Shown one piece after another: positions 46,347 through 47,539 of a DNA stretch of 47,539 nt. The DNA comes from Bacillota bacterium (GTDB lineage: Bacteria > Bacillota > Thermosediminibacteria > Thermosediminibacterales > Tepidanaerobacteraceae). The stretch spans positions 1 to 47,539 of the forward strand of contig JAMNZY010000040.1 in the NCBI GenBank assembly GCA_023622055.1. The letters run 5' to 3'. Under the pieces are notes generated by a model. The model searched no databases. It was not told the DNA's origin and was given only the letters and a program-made list of their open reading frames with translations. Within the stretch, counting starts at the first letter, position 1. Each line of letters begins with the position of its first letter. A program made the position numbers and the translations under genes.

Positions 46347-46655
46347 GTGGAGCTGGAAAAATTAAACGACCCTTGTTTAAACATGCTTTTTGACGCAATA
46401 TTACTTTTGGAAAATCGAGAAGAGTGTTATCGTTTCTTTGAGGACATATGTACAATAGGTGAAGTCCAATCCATGGCACAAAGGCTGCAGGTGGCAAAGA
46501 TGTTGAAAGAAGGTCGCACATATACAGAAATTGCCCAAGCTACAGGTGCAAGTACAGCTACCATAAGTCGAGTTAAGCGTTTTTTGCACTACGGTGCCAA
46601 TGGATACAATATAATTTTAGAGAGACTGGCAAAGACAAACCAGCAGAAAGATTAG
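46347..46655 (+). CDS. yerC: YerC/YecD TrpR-related protein
   Basis: EECYRFFEDICT..E..SMAQRLQVAKML, TGASTATISRV; synteny upstream of pcrA. Confidence 0.85.
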   Translation: MELEKLNDPCLNMLFDAILLLENREECYRFFEDICTIGEVQSMAQRLQVAKMLKEGRTYTEIAQATGASTATISRVKRFLHYGANGYNIILERLAKTNQQKD

Positions 46656-46675
46656 CGTGGTCTCCACGCTTTTTT
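46654..46675 (+). terminator. Hairpin + T-run between yerC and pcrA
   Basis: AGCGTGG-tct-CCACGCT + T-run. Confidence 0.5.
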
Positions 46676-46691
46676 ATTTAGGAGGTATTCA

Positions 46692-47539
46692 ATGAATCTT
46701 TTAGATGATTTAAATCCACAGCAAAAAAAAGCAGTAACACATCCAGAAGGCCCGCTACTTGTATTGGCTGGAGCCGGCAGCGGCAAAACTCGCGTTCTTA
46801 CATATCGGGTTGCCTATTTGATAAACAACAGAGGCGTAGATCCAAAAAACATTATCGCCATTACTTTTACCAATAAGGCTGCCCAAGAAATGAAGGACAG
46901 GATAAAGAAATTAGTTCCAAGGGTCAATGATATCCTTGTAAGCACTTTTCACTCCGCTTGTGTGAGATTTTTGCGGGTTGATATAGATAAGCTGGGGTAT
47001 GATAGGAATTTTATTATCTTTGATACCCAGGACCAACAAGTATTGATAAAAGAGTGTTTAAAAACTTTAAACATAGATGACAAAAAATTTACACCGGCAG
47101 CAGTGTTAAATTATATAGGCCGGGCAAAAGATAGACTTTTGGAACCCGGAAAATGTCTTGACAGTGCAAAAGACATACGGGAAAAAACTATGGCAACAAT
47201 ATATGAGCTGTACCAAAAGCGTTTAAAAGAAAGCAATGCCTTAGATTTCGACGATATTATCATGAAAACTGTAAAGCTTTTCCGGGAATTTCCGGAAGTC
47301 CTTTCCTATTATCAAAATCGCTTCTTGCACATCCTGGTAGACGAGTATCAGGATACAAATTTGGCTCAATATGAACTGGTAAGAATGATGGCGGCAAAAC
47401 ACCGGAACTTATGTGTAGTAGGTGATGATGACCAAAGCATTTACAGCTTTAGAGGTGCTGATATTCGAAATATACTGGAGTTTGAACAGGACTTTCCTGA
47501 TGCTACGGTAATTCGCTTAGAGCAAAATTACCGCTCTAC
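46692..47539 (+). CDS. pcrA: ATP-dependent DNA helicase PcrA/UvrD (partial, runs off the window; absent from the ORF track)
   Basis: Hand translation: MNLLDDLNPQQKKAVTH..GPLLVLAGAGSGKTRVLT, ITFTNKAA, STFHS, LVDEYQDTN, VGDDDQSIYSFRGA, LEQNYRS; RBS AGGAGG. Confidence 0.95.
   Translation, partial: MNLLDDLNPQQKKAVTHPEGPLLVLAGAGSGKTRVLTYRVAYLINNRGVDPKNIIAITFTNKAAQEMKDRIKKLVPRVNDILVSTFHSACVRFLRVDIDKLGYDRNFIIFDTQDQQVLIKECLKTLNIDDKKFTPAAVLNYIGRAKDRLLEPGKCLDSAKDIREKTMATIYELYQKRLKESNALDFDDIIMKTVKLFREFPEVLSYYQNRFLHILVDEYQDTNLAQYELVRMMAAKHRNLCVVGDDDQSIYSFRGADIRNILEFEQDFPDATVIRLEQNYRS

Overview
Low-GC chromosome segment from an anaerobic, spore-forming Firmicute (Clostridia; gene content and tRNA set suggest a Thermosediminibacterales/Tepidanaerobacter-like lineage, which is inference). 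1-11.7 kb is a glycerol/dihydroxyacetone (DHA)/small-ketose region: a three-gene glycerol-3-phosphate dehydrogenase-like module, an HPr-PAS-sigma54 activator, a soluble chemoreceptor fused to a C-terminal PhnD-like phosphate-ester-binding domain, a sigma54 -24/-12 promoter in front of dhaKLM, and a second divergent dhaK/dhaL pair with an erythrulose-phosphate-isomerase-like TIM. 11.7-27 kb is a mixed accessory/housekeeping stretch: HIRAN protein, YjbQ, a six-repeat Gly-rich protein, LexA-boxed dinB, Cof hydrolase, a Ddl-like ATP-grasp ligase with an exact 51-bp duplication, MenA-like, macrodomain, beta-hydroxyacid dehydrogenase, ManC, CapA-like, a small Cys-rich ORF, CwlD-like, LepB, 3 tRNAs, BrnQ and SpoVB-like. 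27-47.5 kb is largely core: rex, GerMN proteins, amidase, gerM-rph-rdgB-phosphoesterase, a 7-tRNA cluster, tig-clpP-clpX-lonB-lon, LysM-BsuPI protein, USP, PAP2, pepV, yerC and a 5' part of pcrA. No CRISPR array, rRNA, prophage or transposase was seen. A dispersed 31-bp palindromic REP-like element occurs in three intergenic regions. All calls come from reading motifs by eye; no database search was run.
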